A DNA stretch of 59,561 nucleotides, taken from positions 1 through 59,561 of IMG/VR virus record IMGVR_UViG_3300034160_000048; one strand, written 5' to 3'. This stretch comes from a virus (lineage: Duplodnaviria > Caudoviricetes). Below the pieces are notes generated by a model. It was not told where the DNA came from. It saw only the letters and a program-made list of their open reading frames with translations, and searched no databases. Made by a program: the position numbers and the translations under genes. Below, piece by piece: positions 46,059-56,228 of this stretch (position 1 is its first letter; the number at the start of each line of letters is the position of its first letter).

Positions 46059-46757
46059 TTACCGCGCCTTCGCTACGAGGATGTAATCGACCGTGAGGGT
46101 ACGGGCGGCAGCAGTGCCGTTCGCAACCGACAGGGTGATGGTCAGATCCTCGTCGTCGCACAGGTTGGTGCTGGGCGTGATGTAGCCCACGACCGCGTCG
46201 CCAAACATGTACCAGATGCGGTCGATGCCGTCGAAGTACAGGCCGACCGTCGTGTACGTGTCGCTCGCCATCGTACCGGCAACAGCCGACGTCGAGGTGT
46301 TGTTCTTCTCAGCAAACACCGAGATGGAGGTGGTGGCAGCGGCCTTGTAGAAGTACAGGCCATCAGTGACGTCGAGCGGGGTGGTGTCGGTGATGCACAG
46401 GCCCACGACCACAGCGGCGTTGGTGGCATCGTCCACCTTGAAACGAGCCTTCATGAAAGTACGCTTGCCCAGCTCCAGCCGGAAGCCTTCAAACGCCTTC
46501 TGAATCGAGTTGAGGTCGTTGTTGGCGGCCGAGTTGACCAGCGCCAGCACGCCGCCATCGCCGTCGATCAGGGCCTGGGTTGCGCCAGCCTGCGTCTCCG
46601 TGACCGTCCAGTCACCGGCAGTGTACAAGTCGAAATCGTTGAAATAGGTATGGTATTTCGTCGGGTCGGGCATGCCGAACGACGAAAAGATGTTGTTGAC
46701 GTTCTGCGTCGAGAGGCCGCCCGGCAGGCGGGTTACGTCGAGTTCATTCAGGGGCAT
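46059..46757 (-). CDS. capsid-associated (decoration) protein
   Basis: YFNDFD..AGDWTVT...DYILVAKAR; follows MCP; GGAG RBS. Confidence 0.7.
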   Translation of the reverse strand: MPLNELDVTRLPGGLSTQNVNNIFSSFGMPDPTKYHTYFNDFDLYTAGDWTVTETQAGATQALIDGDGGVLALVNSAANNDLNSIQKAFEGFRLELGKRTFMKARFKVDDATNAAVVVGLCITDTTPLDVTDGLYFYKAAATTSISVFAEKNNTSTSAVAGTMASDTYTTVGLYFDGIDRIWYMFGDAVVGYITPSTNLCDDEDLTITLSVANGTAAARTLTVDYILVAKAR

Positions 46758-46787
46758 TGTCGTTGTCTCCGTTTAGTTTCGGGGAAG

Positions 46788-46817
46788 AGGGCGACCCGTT
46801 TAGGTCCGGGCCGCCCT
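46788..46817 (-). terminator. stem-loop downstream of major capsid gene (weak terminator or processing site)
   Basis: AGGGCGGCCCG/CGGGTCGCCCT 11-bp stem; no long U tract. Confidence 0.45.
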
Positions 46818-46841
46818 TTGCTCTACTGTACGAGCAGTACC

Positions 46842-47756
46842 TTACAGGCCGGCGGTGCCGAACAGGGCGCGCGGATCGGTCCAGCCCGGAATGTAACGTT
46901 CCGTGGCCTTGTAGCGCATGCTGTCCGTATCGAAGTCACCTTCCATCGAGCGGTCGAGAGCCCGGCGCGTCAACAGCTTGAGGCCGTTGGGCGTGTCGGT
47001 CTGCACAAACCACGCAGTGGTGGAGGTGATACGCGAGATGTTCGCCTGACCCTTCGACAGCATCCCCATCGACTTGACGGGGTTGATGTCGTTGTTCGCC
47101 GTGCCCGTGCGCAGGGTGCTCTTGAGGAGAACCTCCGCCTGGAACACATTCGACGGGCCGGTAACGATCTGCGTCGGGGTGAGCCGGATACGCTTGTTGT
47201 TGTTGTCAACAGCATTGCGGATCTGGATCAGGATCTGCTCCAGCGACGTCTGCGACAGGGCCGCAGCAGTCGTCAGCGTGTTGCTGAACGTGCTACCCAC
47301 GATCGGATGGGAAGCGGAGCAGAGCGAAACGCCATCGCCACCGAGGTACGAACCGTTGAAAGCACGGTTCAGGATGTTGGCGGTCAGCGTCTCCTTCGTT
47401 TCGATCAGCGACTGAGCGAGGTGCTCAGCGTAGGTCGACCCGATCTTGATGTGGTCGCCATCCTCCACGAGGACCTTGGTGAGCGCGAACGCAAGGCCGA
47501 AGACCTTGTAGACGTAGCGCTGGATGAACAGAACACCACCTGACTGGTAGGTGACTGCAGTGCCGTCCGGGAGTTCCGGAGCCGCACCAAACCCGTAGAG
47601 AACGGGCTCTTCCTGATAGGAACGAGCGATGCCCTTGGACTGCTTGAAGACCTGCTTCCACTCGTCCGCACGCTGGTCGTAGACGCCATCGAAGACTTCG
47701 TTCAGGATCGGCTCGACAACCGATCGGAAGTCTGTACTGCGCATTGGATTTGCCAT
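46842..47756 (-). CDS. major capsid protein (HK97 fold, Mu gpT-like)
   Basis: EEPVLYGFGAAP, GGDGVSLCSASHP, AWFVQTD, GDFDTDSMRYKATERY..GW.DPR. Confidence 0.9.
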   Translation of the reverse strand: MANPMRSTDFRSVVEPILNEVFDGVYDQRADEWKQVFKQSKGIARSYQEEPVLYGFGAAPELPDGTAVTYQSGGVLFIQRYVYKVFGLAFALTKVLVEDGDHIKIGSTYAEHLAQSLIETKETLTANILNRAFNGSYLGGDGVSLCSASHPIVGSTFSNTLTTAAALSQTSLEQILIQIRNAVDNNNKRIRLTPTQIVTGPSNVFQAEVLLKSTLRTGTANNDINPVKSMGMLSKGQANISRITSTTAWFVQTDTPNGLKLLTRRALDRSMEGDFDTDSMRYKATERYIPGWTDPRALFGTAGL

Positions 47757-47770
47757 TTCTAGTTACTCCC

Positions 47771-48343
47771 TTAGATCTGCGCGATGGTCGCGACGTACTG
47801 GTGCTCGCTCAACTGGACATAGACGTTGACGTAGGTGTCACCCCACGCATTGTCGATATCCGGGACGAGGCCCAGCACGCGGAGGCCCGCGTTGGCGGCG
47901 TTGGAGGCCGCATTGAGGGAGACGTTCGAAAGGCCGGTCGTGGTGCTGCCCGCACTGGTGTCGTTGGTCGACCAGTCATACTGCGCGCCCACCGCCGTCT
48001 GCGCCATCGTGGCCGACGTCTGGACCGCATACACGATTGCCGGGTCGCTGGTGATGTAGGCAACGATTTCGGTTGCCGACGTCGAGGCAGGCCAGTAGTT
48101 CGACACGCGACGGCGACCATCGGTGCCGGTGTACTCGACACCCTGGAATGCACCAACCGCTCCGGTGACACCCGTGCCGCCGGCGGCAGACAGGGCAATG
48201 GAGCCGTCAGCAATGAAGCCGACAGGCGAACCCTGATAGATGTTCGAACCGTAGGCGGTCGTGATTGTGGAAGCCACCGGGCGAATGTTGCCCGACGGAT
48301 GGTATGCGGGCCGGAGCCCGAAAGGCGAAGCCACTGAGGGCAT
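47771..48343 (-). CDS. capsid cement/decoration protein
   Basis: PFGLRP...IYQGSPV...GAFQGVEY...DP; immediately upstream of MCP. Confidence 0.75.
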   Translation of the reverse strand: MPSVASPFGLRPAYHPSGNIRPVASTITTAYGSNIYQGSPVGFIADGSIALSAAGGTGVTGAVGAFQGVEYTGTDGRRRVSNYWPASTSATEIVAYITSDPAIVYAVQTSATMAQTAVGAQYDWSTNDTSAGSTTTGLSNVSLNAASNAANAGLRVLGLVPDIDNAWGDTYVNVYVQLSEHQYVATIAQI

Positions 48344-48403
48344 TGTTACTACTCCTTAAAGAGGGTTGAGAATCAGTTGGTTAACCCCCACGCACCGGCA
48401 GCC

Positions 48404-48961
48404 TCAGGCGTCAACGCCTTCGAACTTGCCAACACGCGGGCCTCGACCCAGCTCTGCGGAACCATCACCCACTTCCACATCAGCGCCCTTGGACTTCGCC
48501 TCGTTGGCGATAACCTCGAGTACTGATCGCAGCTTGCCTTCTTCCTCATTCGGCTGTACATGATGTGCTTCATTCATGTACATCTGGTAGAGGTGAATCG
48601 GCAGCTTGAAGGCCACCATCTCGTTGACGCCGATATAACCACTCCAGTCGCCACCCTTGAGAGCTGCGTGATCCCAGCCTTGGATTTCCGTAGCCTTGAT
48701 CGGCTCGTATCCGAGGCGCACACGCGCGTGAATCGGGTCGCGGGGGTTGGTCGTTGTCAGCCAACAGACATGGTACCCGGGAATCGGGGGAAGGTCGGGC
48801 AGGGCCGACGAGAAAAACGAGTTTCTGAATGCATCCAGACGACTCTGATCATTGGCTACCCGATTCTCAGTTGCAGGGCGATCAGTCGCCTCCCTGCCCT
48901 GTTTGCTATCGGACTGGCCACGGTTGCTGAGTCTGTCATCACGATCATTCGGGGTTGCCAT
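48404..48961 (-). CDS. conserved head-module protein
   Basis: LP.LP.IPGYH.CW...GYEPIK; GGAGTGAG RBS. Confidence 0.7.
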   Translation of the reverse strand: MATPNDRDDRLSNRGQSDSKQGREATDRPATENRVANDQSRLDAFRNSFFSSALPDLPPIPGYHVCWLTTTNPRDPIHARVRLGYEPIKATEIQGWDHAALKGGDWSGYIGVNEMVAFKLPIHLYQMYMNEAHHVQPNEEEGKLRSVLEVIANEAKSKGADVEVGDGSAELGRGPRVGKFEGVDA

Positions 48962-48967
48962 AACTGC

Positions 48968-49456
48968 TCACTCCACTTTAATGCGAGCTGTTGAATCTGC
49001 GTGCGCTACGACGGCACGCGCCATTTCGATCATCTGTTCATCAGATCCGGTCAATTTGAAGGAATTAACTGCCCAACAAAGAAGCCGGACGTTGTCCTTC
49101 GTGTACCCTTTCTTGGGGTTGATGCGGTCGACAGAAATGTTAGTCGGGCCGGAGCCTACCCAGGTCATGGGGAGCCCGGACAGAGCGCATTTGCCTTCTT
49201 GCCTGTGCCACAAAGTCAATAAGAAGGAAGCATCGATGTTTGACCCTACTTTGCTTCCGGATATACGCTTCATTTTCAGCTTGAACGAGCTGTAAGGGGT
49301 CTTGGCCCTTACAGCAGTTATTCTAATCTTATCACAAGTCTTGCAGCAGTACCGCGACCTTTTCAGGCGCGAGGGGTAGAAACCCTTATGCGGAAGCATC
49401 TTGTCGCATTTGATGCAACGGATCAACGGCCTATCCTTTATGGTGGCGTACGTCAC
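48968..49456 (-). CDS. putative homing endonuclease (Zn-finger plus HNH-like)
   Basis: CxxC..CKTC, Q.GKCALSG, SVDRINPKKGYTKDNVRLLCWAVN; AT-richer than flanks. Confidence 0.85.
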   Translation of the reverse strand: MTYATIKDRPLIRCIKCDKMLPHKGFYPSRLKRSRYCCKTCDKIRITAVRAKTPYSSFKLKMKRISGSKVGSNIDASFLLTLWHRQEGKCALSGLPMTWVGSGPTNISVDRINPKKGYTKDNVRLLCWAVNSFKLTGSDEQMIEMARAVVAHADSTARIKVE

Positions 49457-50481
49457 TGCCTGCGACTCCGCCCCGCATTGTCAGCATCCCACTGGGCGTA
49501 CTTGCTGATATACTTTTTCCGAAGCACGGGGTCATCCCACACTCCAGCGTCCACCAGAGCCTGCTTGCGCTCCGGCGAAATGTAAAACTTGGTGCCGCCG
49601 TTGACGCCACCAGTGCCGTTGCCGCCAGTCGGAAGCCGGGGGCCGCCATTGCGACGCGGAGCGGGAGTTACCTCCTCCTCTTCCTCGTCGTCATCGTCGT
49701 CCTCGGTTTCCCGGTCGGACTGAGTATCGGCGGCCTTGAAGCGATCGGGCAGCCGCTTGGCGGCGCGCTTGCGCAACTCGTCCCAGTATTCGTCGGACGT
49801 CGGGTTGTAACCGTCCCGGGCCAAGCCAGCGTCGATTGCGAGAACCACGGCGGACTCTTCGTTACGCCCGTACGGGTCGTACCAGTCCTTGTTCTCTTCC
49901 GCGAACTGCTGGGCCCGGGCGACGATTGCCGCATCGACCTTGGGGGCCTGCTGCTGGGGCTGCGCCTCTTTCTGCTTGGTGTTCTTGAAATTCTTGAGCT
50001 GGTCCAGGTTACTTCTGAGATTGTCGCGGATCTTCTGCGCCTTGACGACATCCGCGCCGTTATTGGCCGTAACGGCGGCGGCGATTACTTCGTCTGCGAG
50101 TTCGATCTGCTGCTCGACCTGCCCGATGCGCGAATCGACCGTCGCGATCTCGGTTCCTTGGGTCCGCTGCTCGACCGCCATCAGGCGGCGCTCCAGCGCC
50201 TCATTCTGAGTGCGCAGGTAGTTGAGTTCAACTTTGTCGCGCCCGATTGCTTTCTTCTGACGGTCCCGCTTCAGGCGGCGCTCGGCTCGGCGGCGCTCCC
50301 GGATCTCCTCCCGTTCAGGCGAGTCGTCGTCGCCGGCCTCGTCGTCGCCCTCCGGGGCGGCCTCACGGGCACCGACGCGCTCGTCATCACCATCCTCTGC
50401 CGCCGGGGCCTTCTCGCCCGGCTTGAGTTCCACAACTTCGACGTCTTGGTCGAGGTCCTTATCTTTCTCTTCGAGTGCCAC
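49453..50481 (-). CDS. capsid scaffolding protein
   Basis: Acidic coiled coil, N.DWY, G.NPTSDEYWDEL, between portal and capsid. Confidence 0.75.
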   Translation of the reverse strand: MALEEKDKDLDQDVEVVELKPGEKAPAAEDGDDERVGAREAAPEGDDEAGDDDSPEREEIRERRRAERRLKRDRQKKAIGRDKVELNYLRTQNEALERRLMAVEQRTQGTEIATVDSRIGQVEQQIELADEVIAAAVTANNGADVVKAQKIRDNLRSNLDQLKNFKNTKQKEAQPQQQAPKVDAAIVARAQQFAEENKDWYDPYGRNEESAVVLAIDAGLARDGYNPTSDEYWDELRKRAAKRLPDRFKAADTQSDRETEDDDDDEEEEEVTPAPRRNGGPRLPTGGNGTGGVNGGTKFYISPERKQALVDAGVWDDPVLRKKYISKYAQWDADNAGRSRRQ

Positions 50482-50498
50482 TGTCTAGCTCCTTGCAG

Positions 50499-50936
50499 TT
50501 AGACGAAAGCGATGACTTCCAGCGGATCGCAGGTTACTGCACCGAGGATGTCAAGGTCATTGAACAGCGCAAAAAGCGCCACCGCGCCCTCAGCCTTCGG
50601 GCCATGAGGGACTTCGAACTTGTCGCCACCGAATTTCGGGATACGAACGTAGTCGCCTTCCTTGCACCATGCGCCCTCGGGCCATGGGGTCATCTTCTCG
50701 CGGTTGTGGAAAGCCAGCGGCCCCAGCCCTACGACCTTGGCCACCTGCGTATTCCATGCCACGGTTTCCTGTGTCTCGGACGACAGGATGATGCCACCCT
50801 TAGTCTTTTTCTTGGCGCTGCGAATCTGGACCAGAACCCTCGAGCCGTAAGGCCGGAGTCCGGGATCGACAGCGGGGAACGCCTCTTCGAGGCTCATATC
50901 AAACTTTACAGCCGGTGCGAAGTTAACTGAACTCAT
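50499..50936 (-). CDS. groES: GroES-like co-chaperonin
   Basis: PYGSRVLV, KTKGGIIL mobile loop, VVGLGP, KEGDYV, NDLDILG. Confidence 0.85.
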   Translation of the reverse strand: MSSVNFAPAVKFDMSLEEAFPAVDPGLRPYGSRVLVQIRSAKKKTKGGIILSSETQETVAWNTQVAKVVGLGPLAFHNREKMTPWPEGAWCKEGDYVRIPKFGGDKFEVPHGPKAEGAVALFALFNDLDILGAVTCDPLEVIAFV

Positions 50937-51145
50937 TCTTCATCCTGCTTCTCGCGTACATCCTGGGCTTCAAGTAAAGCAGCGATTTCACGCGCCACCA
51001 GATCTATACCCCCGTATACGCCGCAAGCCCTCCCGTAGTGGAATCCATCCTGCCCCGCCGGCCGGGTCAACGCATTAATTGCGTATTCATCCCGCATGGC
51101 AAGGACCCTTCGGAGTATGTCTTCGGCGCTCAGCCTTCGCATCAT
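50933..51145 (-). CDS. hypothetical protein
   Basis: F.YG...G.Y.G motif typical of the small gene following the portal in podoviruses. Confidence 0.65.
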   Translation of the reverse strand: MMRRLSAEDILRRVLAMRDEYAINALTRPAGQDGFHYGRACGVYGGIDLVAREIAALLEAQDVREKQDEE

Positions 51146-51166
51146 GCCTCAGATACTCCCGTCCGA

Positions 51167-51195
51167 AGTGTACCACATCTGCGGTCTTCCCACAA
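51167..51195 (-). promoter_or_regulatory. sigma70-type promoter for head genes
   Basis: TTGTGG-17 nt-TACACT with TGn, in intergenic gap after portal. Confidence 0.6.
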
Positions 51196-51199
51196 GATA

Positions 51200-53869
51200 C
51201 TAGCTCCCGGGGTTGAGGCCAGTCCCCTTACTCACAGCCACCTTCTCGCCGCTCTCGATTTCCGCCGAGGCGATCTCCATCGCCGTCGTGTTGTCCTGCG
51301 TGTTGATCCGCTCCTTGGACTCGATCTGGGCTTGTGCAAGCACCGCTTCCTGCTGTAGGGCCTGCTGGTCATGCTGCAGCCGGGCGGCGGATTCCATACC
51401 CTTGTCGGCGGCCCGCTTGTCCTCGGCCCGCTGCCGGATCGCCTCGAGCTGCATTTCGTCCTGCGACTTCTTGCCACCCTCGACCAGCCGCAGCTGCATC
51501 TCGGATTCCTTCTCTTGCCTCCGCATCTGCGCTTCCTGATTGCGCTGAGCGAGTTCCGCCTGCTTGAGCTGCCCCTGCTGCTCGATGCTCTTCTGACGCA
51601 CCTGCATGTCGCCCTGATTCCGCTCGCGCTGGACCTGTGCCATGATCTCGGTGGACTTGGTCTGCGGGTCCTGACCCTGCGGCTGGTACTGCTGGACGAT
51701 CTGGATCGCGCTCTGGATGATGGGCGGCAGCTTGCCGAACATCTTGCCCGCCGACGCCACGATGTCGGTGGACGCCGTCGCGATCAACCTCTCGATCTCG
51801 TTCTTCGTATCCTTGTCCTCGATCTCCATGTATTTCTCGAGCGGCTTGCCCACAGCCTCCGAAGTGACACGATACACCTCGGTAACGTACCACATTACCA
51901 TGTGTTCCTTCAGGTGGTCGAGCGCCCGGGGCAGGAACGTCGGCGCGATGATGGGCAACTGACCCAGCATCGGGCTCGTTACGAAGTCAAGCAACGTCTG
52001 GATGTGCGCCAGATGGTCCTGCTCGGGGAATGCCGTTACCGGGCGGCCCAGCGCCATGGCGGCGTTTTCGTTCGCCGCGTTCATCTCCTTGGGCTCCGGG
52101 ACCGGGATCAACAGATCCTCAGGGTTTGCAACCCGCATCCGCTCGAGGAACATCTTCTCGACCTTGCGCAGATCGTAAATCTGCGGCAGCAGCGTTGAAC
52201 GCTGCAGGATGCTCTGCGTCTGCGCGAAGCGATGGGCATCGGACGGGATGCTTGGGTCGGACACCGGGATAACGTCGAGCGGCCCTTCCAGGTCCGACCG
52301 CTTGATCAGCAACTCGCCGGCTTCATCAAGGATTTCCTGTTCCTCGATGTACATCCGGTCAATGCGGTGCAGCACTCGCAGCGTCTGTGCCATGCTGTGA
52401 TGCATGCGGCCCATGATGTTCGAAATCACGGTCAGGCCCTGCTCGATCAGCGCCATCGTGGTGCCCACGGGCTGTGCCGGGTTACTGCCATCGGTGGCCA
52501 TGCTGTCGAAGGTGGTGCGTACCACATCGTCGGCTTCCCCGATCAGGAAGCCCATCAACTGGTACAGGACCGGGGACGGCGGATTGTACGGGAGCTGCAT
52601 CACAAGCTTCCGGATGTCGTCCGCCCCGACGCCGCCGTCCAGTTCCACGATCTCGGTCGGATTGAGCGTCTTGCTCTGGCCGCCGCTCGCCGCACCTTTC
52701 AGCTTCACCGCAGTGGGGAAGTTGTTGATGTGCGCGGAGTCCAACAGCGCCCGCAGCGACCCTGTGGTGCCCGCCGACAGGCCTCCGATCAACTGCACGA
52801 ACCCGAGGCGCGTTGCACCTTCCCACGGGACGAACGGCCATTCGATCAACCAGTGCATGCGCTCCTGCTTCTCGTCGATCTCCTCCCAATTGCGGATCAC
52901 CGACATGACTGAGTGGCTGGCCTCGTCAATACAGACGATGAACGGCAGCGGGCCTTCCTGCCCCTTCTCAACCTTGTCCAGATAGGTGTTAATCTCGTAC
53001 GTGCGCCGCAGCCCGTCCTCATTATACTGGTTCGAGGTCTTACCCGACACCTTATCCATCTGCTCGCCGGTCTTCGACTGCTCCGGGACCATCGACGGGG
53101 CCTGCAGGTCGACGTCGAGGTACAACCCGGACACGACGCGCTCGCGGTATTCGAACTCCGTGATGTCGTCGAGGAACGTGATGCGCTCGGCGGTGTAAAA
53201 ACTCGTGCAGGCATGGGGCAGCAACACCCGGTCCTCGGTGATCGAGCGACACGACGGACGCTTGAACCGGCCATTCCACACAATGCGCAGGTACGCAGCA
53301 CCGGCCAGTGATGTCTGCGTCAACACCTGTTCCAGCTCGTCGCGGAATTCCTGGATCTGATGCGTCAACTGCCAGTTGAAGAATCGTGCCTTGCGCTCGG
53401 ACTTTTCCAGTCGTGCCTTGGTGACACGACCCGGTATGAATGACTTCGCGGGCCCCATAGCCGGGAACACTTCCTTCATCGCCCGGGACTCGAAATCAAT
53501 AGCCGCCTTGGACAACATCGGGTGCACGACCTTGGAGGACCCGGTAAACGATGCGCCGCCGGGGGCGTCGTCCGACAGCCCGGTGCGCCGGATGCCTTCC
53601 GCGTAGCGCTCGTCACGCTTCTTGCGCGCCGCTTCGTCAAACTTCACTTTCTCGATCAGGTCGTTGGCGATCTTGTCCAACTTGGCCTGATCGAGCGTCA
53701 TAGCGAGGTTGTCGTAAAACCCCGAGTCCGCTGCGTTGGGCTCGCTGCCCTCCTCCGCCTCGTCCAGATCCACGACCGCGCCGCCGTCCTCTGTGTCCTC
53801 GGGCTCCGCTGCTGCCGGATTTTCGAGATCTTCCATGTTCTCGTCCAGATCGTCTTCCTTACGCGGCAT
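51200..53869 (-). CDS. portal protein (P22-like with C-terminal coiled-coil barrel)
   Basis: 889 aa, VHPML, LRALLDSAH..N, PVGTTMALIEQG, PVSDP; follows TerL. Confidence 0.88.
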   Translation of the reverse strand: MPRKEDDLDENMEDLENPAAAEPEDTEDGGAVVDLDEAEEGSEPNAADSGFYDNLAMTLDQAKLDKIANDLIEKVKFDEAARKKRDERYAEGIRRTGLSDDAPGGASFTGSSKVVHPMLSKAAIDFESRAMKEVFPAMGPAKSFIPGRVTKARLEKSERKARFFNWQLTHQIQEFRDELEQVLTQTSLAGAAYLRIVWNGRFKRPSCRSITEDRVLLPHACTSFYTAERITFLDDITEFEYRERVVSGLYLDVDLQAPSMVPEQSKTGEQMDKVSGKTSNQYNEDGLRRTYEINTYLDKVEKGQEGPLPFIVCIDEASHSVMSVIRNWEEIDEKQERMHWLIEWPFVPWEGATRLGFVQLIGGLSAGTTGSLRALLDSAHINNFPTAVKLKGAASGGQSKTLNPTEIVELDGGVGADDIRKLVMQLPYNPPSPVLYQLMGFLIGEADDVVRTTFDSMATDGSNPAQPVGTTMALIEQGLTVISNIMGRMHHSMAQTLRVLHRIDRMYIEEQEILDEAGELLIKRSDLEGPLDVIPVSDPSIPSDAHRFAQTQSILQRSTLLPQIYDLRKVEKMFLERMRVANPEDLLIPVPEPKEMNAANENAAMALGRPVTAFPEQDHLAHIQTLLDFVTSPMLGQLPIIAPTFLPRALDHLKEHMVMWYVTEVYRVTSEAVGKPLEKYMEIEDKDTKNEIERLIATASTDIVASAGKMFGKLPPIIQSAIQIVQQYQPQGQDPQTKSTEIMAQVQRERNQGDMQVRQKSIEQQGQLKQAELAQRNQEAQMRRQEKESEMQLRLVEGGKKSQDEMQLEAIRQRAEDKRAADKGMESAARLQHDQQALQQEAVLAQAQIESKERINTQDNTTAMEIASAEIESGEKVAVSKGTGLNPGS

Positions 53870-55349
53870 ACGGATTTCCTCTCGGTCTTAATGTTTCTTC
53901 CTCGCGCCCCTTGAGATCGAGTTCGATCTGCTCGTCCTCAGTCGGCTTCGAGAATGTGGTGATGAATCGGCGCATGAAATAGTTGAGTGCCTGCGAGCAC
54001 GTATCAACGTAGTCGTCGTTCTCGGTCGTACCGGGGCCGAAGAAGGAGCAGATCTGGCCGATTGCCTTGTCTGCCCATGACCGGAACTCGCCCGGTCGCT
54101 TGTCCGACTCGACTGCCCAAACCCGGCCGTGGGAGAACATCGGTGTTATAGCGTGTAAACGTGCGAGTTTGTCCGCACGGCCGGGGTTGTACTTTTCCAT
54201 CAGGACGTTTTCCATCTGCATCATCTGGCGCAAGCTGATGCCGGAACCCTTGTCCTCGACCAGAATCAAATCGATTGCCTTGCCTGTCTGCACCCCGTAC
54301 TCCGCTGAGCTGTACGGGCTCGGGATCAGGGCAGAATTGATCAGGGGGCGGTCCGCTTCGCCGTAGGTTACGACCCGCTCCTCTCGCACCCGTTTCATCA
54401 GGGCGGGCAGGGCCAAATAGTCGTCCCACGCGTCGAGCATCATCACGTGAAGCTGCTTGCCAACCTGGAACAGCCCCCACACCTCACACGCCGTGGGGTC
54501 CGCTTCATGCGTCTTCTTGTCGAACGTCTTCTCGGTGTACGCGGTGTCCAGCGACATAATAATGTGGATAAACCGGGGCAACGGCTTCTTCGCCGGCCAC
54601 AGTTTCCACTGCGAGCGCTTGACAATTCCACCTTCCTCGGGGTCGATCAGGATTCCCTCGAGTTCCTGCCGCCCGATCTTGGTACCTTCGTACTTGGCTA
54701 TATCGTCGTAGAAGCTCTGTGCGAGGTTCGCCTTATTCTCGTACGTAGTTCCGTACGTAACAAGTGTCTTCTTGCCGTCCGCTGCGTCCACCAGTTCCCG
54801 GATCAGCGGCAACGGCTTCGGGGTCGTGGTCCACACGAATTGGGGGTTGGGCCCGAGGCGCAGGCCGAATTTCATCATGTCGTAGGTCATACGCATGTTT
54901 TGCCATGCTGCGACCTCGTCGCCCCACACCCGCGAATGCTGCGGACCGCGCAGCCGCTCGGGGCGCTCGGAACCGAACCCGCGAATCACCGCGCCGTTGG
55001 TCAAGTATATGATCAGCGCCGACTTGTTGTAGTCAGCAACCAGATTGTCTGGGAGGTATGCCAGCAGCCCGGTGGTGCCCTCAAAGCACGTGTAACGGAC
55101 GTCATCCAGCGTGGGGGCAATAACTGCGTTGAATGACCCGGGATCCGAGGCCGCCGCTATGCCCAGCCAGTTGGAGCCCGTGACGGTCTTGCCGAATCCT
55201 CGGCCTGCCATAATGCCCCAAGTCGACCAGCTGCCGACCGGGGCCTTCTGCTTGGGCCTCGCAGTCTTGTTCCAGGCAAGCTTCCAACGCAGCAGCGCCA
55301 GCTCTTCGGGCGAGAGCTGCGCTAACTGCTCTGCGAGTTCAGCGGTCAT
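53859..55349 (-). CDS. terL: terminase large subunit
   Basis: AGRGFGKT, WGDEVAAW, TTTPK, SLDTAY, VEDKGSG, DDYVDTCSQAL. Confidence 0.95.
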   Translation of the reverse strand: MTAELAEQLAQLSPEELALLRWKLAWNKTARPKQKAPVGSWSTWGIMAGRGFGKTVTGSNWLGIAAASDPGSFNAVIAPTLDDVRYTCFEGTTGLLAYLPDNLVADYNKSALIIYLTNGAVIRGFGSERPERLRGPQHSRVWGDEVAAWQNMRMTYDMMKFGLRLGPNPQFVWTTTPKPLPLIRELVDAADGKKTLVTYGTTYENKANLAQSFYDDIAKYEGTKIGRQELEGILIDPEEGGIVKRSQWKLWPAKKPLPRFIHIIMSLDTAYTEKTFDKKTHEADPTACEVWGLFQVGKQLHVMMLDAWDDYLALPALMKRVREERVVTYGEADRPLINSALIPSPYSSAEYGVQTGKAIDLILVEDKGSGISLRQMMQMENVLMEKYNPGRADKLARLHAITPMFSHGRVWAVESDKRPGEFRSWADKAIGQICSFFGPGTTENDDYVDTCSQALNYFMRRFITTFSKPTEDEQIELDLKGREEETLRPRGNPYAA

Positions 55350-56215
55350 GCCCGGAAGTAATAAGCTGCGATGGGGAAAGTCGTTGTGAAGCTACCAGTC
55401 AAAACGCCCGAATTGCCGCCGCTGCGATGGACAATTGCATATCCGTAAGTCGCCCCCGAAGAAAGGCCGGTTGCGGAAACTGAGGGCGAGGTTGTGCTGA
55501 CCGCATTGTTGAAGTTGAACGCCGCCGCCGCGCCGCTCGCTTTCAGTCCAGCGACCACTTGCAGGTCGGTGACACCAGAGAGGTTGGCGACCGTATCAAC
55601 GACAACATAAATCGTGCCGGTGTTCTGGCCCGTCGTGCAGCCAATGGTTGCAGCGGAGGCCGTGATGCCCGTGACCGTGCCGGCGCTAGCGGTGGGGAAG
55701 CTGCCGGTCTCGAAGTCGTCAAATACCGCTGTTGTGCCGGTACTCGACATCCCGGAAACTTGTGAGACGTTGTAGGTCGCATCCGTAACGGAGGCGCGCA
55801 CGACGCCGTTGACAAGGGCGCGGAAAGAAGTCCCGCGTACCTCCAGCCGCAGCGTGTCGCCCGCAGCGACCGCCGACGACAGAGTGGCAATAACCGTGCT
55901 CGCTCCTGCGTCGAGGCGCAGAATTCGCGTATTGCCGGATGGAGCGTTGTGTCCGACCCCGTACCCGTTCAGTGTCCCCGTGTTAACGCGAAGTAGGATT
56001 CCCGCCTCATCCGAGCCTGTCGGCAGCGTGACGACTTTTACTTCGGCATAACAATCAGCGGGAGGCGGGCCTCCGTTCCAGACCGAAGCATTGCTTGCTG
56101 AGGCAGGGACAGCCTGATTGCTTGCGACCGACCAGCCCGCAACTACATCGGTCCAACTGGCTCCGAGCGTCCCGGAATTAGCGCGGTTGAAGTTGTCTGT
56201 GAATAAAACGGACAT
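55346..56215 (-). CDS. beta-sandwich (ConA/lectin-like plus Fn3-like) virion protein
   Basis: FTDNFNRAN, GDTLRLEV.G, FDDFE, ATGLSSGATY. Confidence 0.65.
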   Translation of the reverse strand: MSVLFTDNFNRANSGTLGASWTDVVAGWSVASNQAVPASASNASVWNGGPPPADCYAEVKVVTLPTGSDEAGILLRVNTGTLNGYGVGHNAPSGNTRILRLDAGASTVIATLSSAVAAGDTLRLEVRGTSFRALVNGVVRASVTDATYNVSQVSGMSSTGTTAVFDDFETGSFPTASAGTVTGITASAATIGCTTGQNTGTIYVVVDTVANLSGVTDLQVVAGLKASGAAAAFNFNNAVSTTSPSVSATGLSSGATYGYAIVHRSGGNSGVLTGSFTTTFPIAAYYFRA

Positions 56216-56228
56216 GCCCTATCAGCTC

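Noticed and set aside
50499-50936. GroES without GroEL as a novelty
   Set aside because: Stand-alone co-chaperonins in head modules are common in phages.
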